Source: Acidobacteriota bacterium (GTDB lineage Bacteria; Acidobacteriota; Thermoanaerobaculia; Gp7-AA8). Taken from it: a DNA stretch of 64,000 bases. The stretch is taken from contig JAFATB010000012.1 in the NCBI GenBank assembly GCA_019244185.1, forward strand, positions 32,001 through 96,000. The letters run 5' to 3'. Each line of letters opens with the position of its first letter. Within the stretch, counting starts at the first letter, position 1. Below the pieces are notes generated by a model. The model was given only the letters and a program-made list of their open reading frames with translations, did not search any database and was not told the DNA's origin. The translations under genes were made by a program, and so were the position numbers. Of the stretch, positions 62,867 through 64,000 are shown piece after piece.

Positions 62867-64000
62867 ATGCACGTCAGACGCTCGCTCCTGCTCCTCGTGA
62901 TGCTCGCGTCCCCCTTCGTCGTGGCCGCGCAGCAGAAATCGATCCTCTTCGACGCCGCGCATCAGCAGACCGCCGGCAACGCCGACTGGACACTCGACGA
63001 AGACTCGTGCGGTACCGCCCAACGCTACCCGACGCCCGATCAGGCGGGCATCACCTCCGCAACCAGCGAGACGTACTGGTCGGGCGCCTTCTCCGCGATG
63101 GGCGTCGATCTCGTGAAGAAAGGCTTTCACGTCGAAAGCCTTCCCAACGGCGGACGACTCTCGTACAACGACACCTCGAACGCGCAGGACCTCAAGAACT
63201 ACAACGTGCTCGTGCTGCCGGAGCCGAACGTGCGCTACACGGCGGCGGAGATCACCGCGATCCGCAATTTCGTCACGAACGGCGGCGGCCTCCTGATGAT
63301 CTCCGATCACGCCGGCTCCGACCGCAACAACGACGGCTACGACGCGACGAAGATCTTCAACGAGGTCATGGGCTCTCCGAGCGTCTTCGGCATCACCTTC
63401 AACACGAACTCGAGCGACCGCACCTACGGCTGGTTCGACGATCATCCCGACGGCAACTTCACCACCGACACGTCGTCGCCCATCATCTACACGGGCAAGT
63501 TCGGCAATCCCTCTTCCTCGCGCGGCCTCGGGCTCTTCGGCTCGACGTCGATGACGCTCGCCTCGCCCGCGAAAGGTCACATCTGGCGCACCGTCGCCAC
63601 GCACGACACGTCCAGCGGCGTGACGTTCGCGACGTCGACGTACGGCAATGGACGCGTCGCGGCGTTCGGCGATTCGTCCGCCGCCGAAGACGCGACGAAC
63701 AACTGCGGCCACACCACCTACCTCGGCTACAACGATCCGTCCTACGACAACGGTCTCATCATCGCCAACGCGATCGCGTGGCTCGCCAACGGGACGGTGA
63801 CGCAGCCGCCGCCCACCGGCACCGACATCTCCGGCTGGAAAGTCGTGCAGGCCAACAGCGCGATCACGTACACCATCCCCGCGGGAACGACGATTCCGGC
63901 GAACGGCTACGTCGTCATCGCCCGTCAGGCGACGAAGGCGCAGTTCGAATCGTTCTGGGGCCGCACGCTCGCGTCGAACGTCGTCTTCATCAACAGCAAC
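62867..64000 (+). CDS. Secreted protein, GATase-like/DUF4350 domain then lamin-tail-like domain; 3'-truncated and absent from the ORF track
   Basis: Manual translation: MHVRRSLLLLVML...ILFDAAHQQTAGNADW...VLPEPN...GGGLLMISDH...GRVAAFGDSS...DISGWKV...IPANGYVVIAR; open to window end. Confidence 0.82.
   Translation, partial: MHVRRSLLLLVMLASPFVVAAQQKSILFDAAHQQTAGNADWTLDEDSCGTAQRYPTPDQAGITSATSETYWSGAFSAMGVDLVKKGFHVESLPNGGRLSYNDTSNAQDLKNYNVLVLPEPNVRYTAAEITAIRNFVTNGGGLLMISDHAGSDRNNDGYDATKIFNEVMGSPSVFGITFNTNSSDRTYGWFDDHPDGNFTTDTSSPIIYTGKFGNPSSSRGLGLFGSTSMTLASPAKGHIWRTVATHDTSSGVTFATSTYGNGRVAAFGDSSAAEDATNNCGHTTYLGYNDPSYDNGLIIANAIAWLANGTVTQPPPTGTDISGWKVVQANSAITYTIPAGTTIPANGYVVIARQATKAQFESFWGRTLASNVVFINSN

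Noticed and set aside
62858-63712. 284-aa minus-strand ORF
   Set aside because: Antisense to the real plus-strand gene starting at 62867, which runs off the window

Overview
GC-rich bacterial chromosome segment, densely coding, about 65 genes. Gene content suggests Acidobacteriota, possibly Thermoanaerobaculia (inference). It carries housekeeping genes (gltX, fabI, eno, lepB, folE, acyl-CoA dehydrogenase), iron genes (fur, FTR1 permease, bfd, bfr), envelope genes (a 2426-aa TamB-BamA fusion, pseudopilins, Wzm/Wzt, MacAB-like pump, three SPFH-type proteins) and many signalling genes. No rRNA, tRNA, CRISPR array or transposase was seen. Best finding: two ORFs called separately at 23483-25276 (-) form one reading frame interrupted by a single UGA at a thioredoxin active-site position. 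A hairpin with the E. coli fdhF SECIS core follows at the same spacing, so this is a probable exported multi-domain selenoprotein. Other highlights: an identical 7-1-7 palindrome at the fur-FTR1 and bfd-bfr promoters (candidate lineage-specific Fur box), a lower-GC two-gene AlbA_2/Schlafen islet (candidate defence module), several readable operators and sigma-54/ECF promoters, and many apparently leaderless genes. All family calls come from motif recognition by eye; no searches were run.
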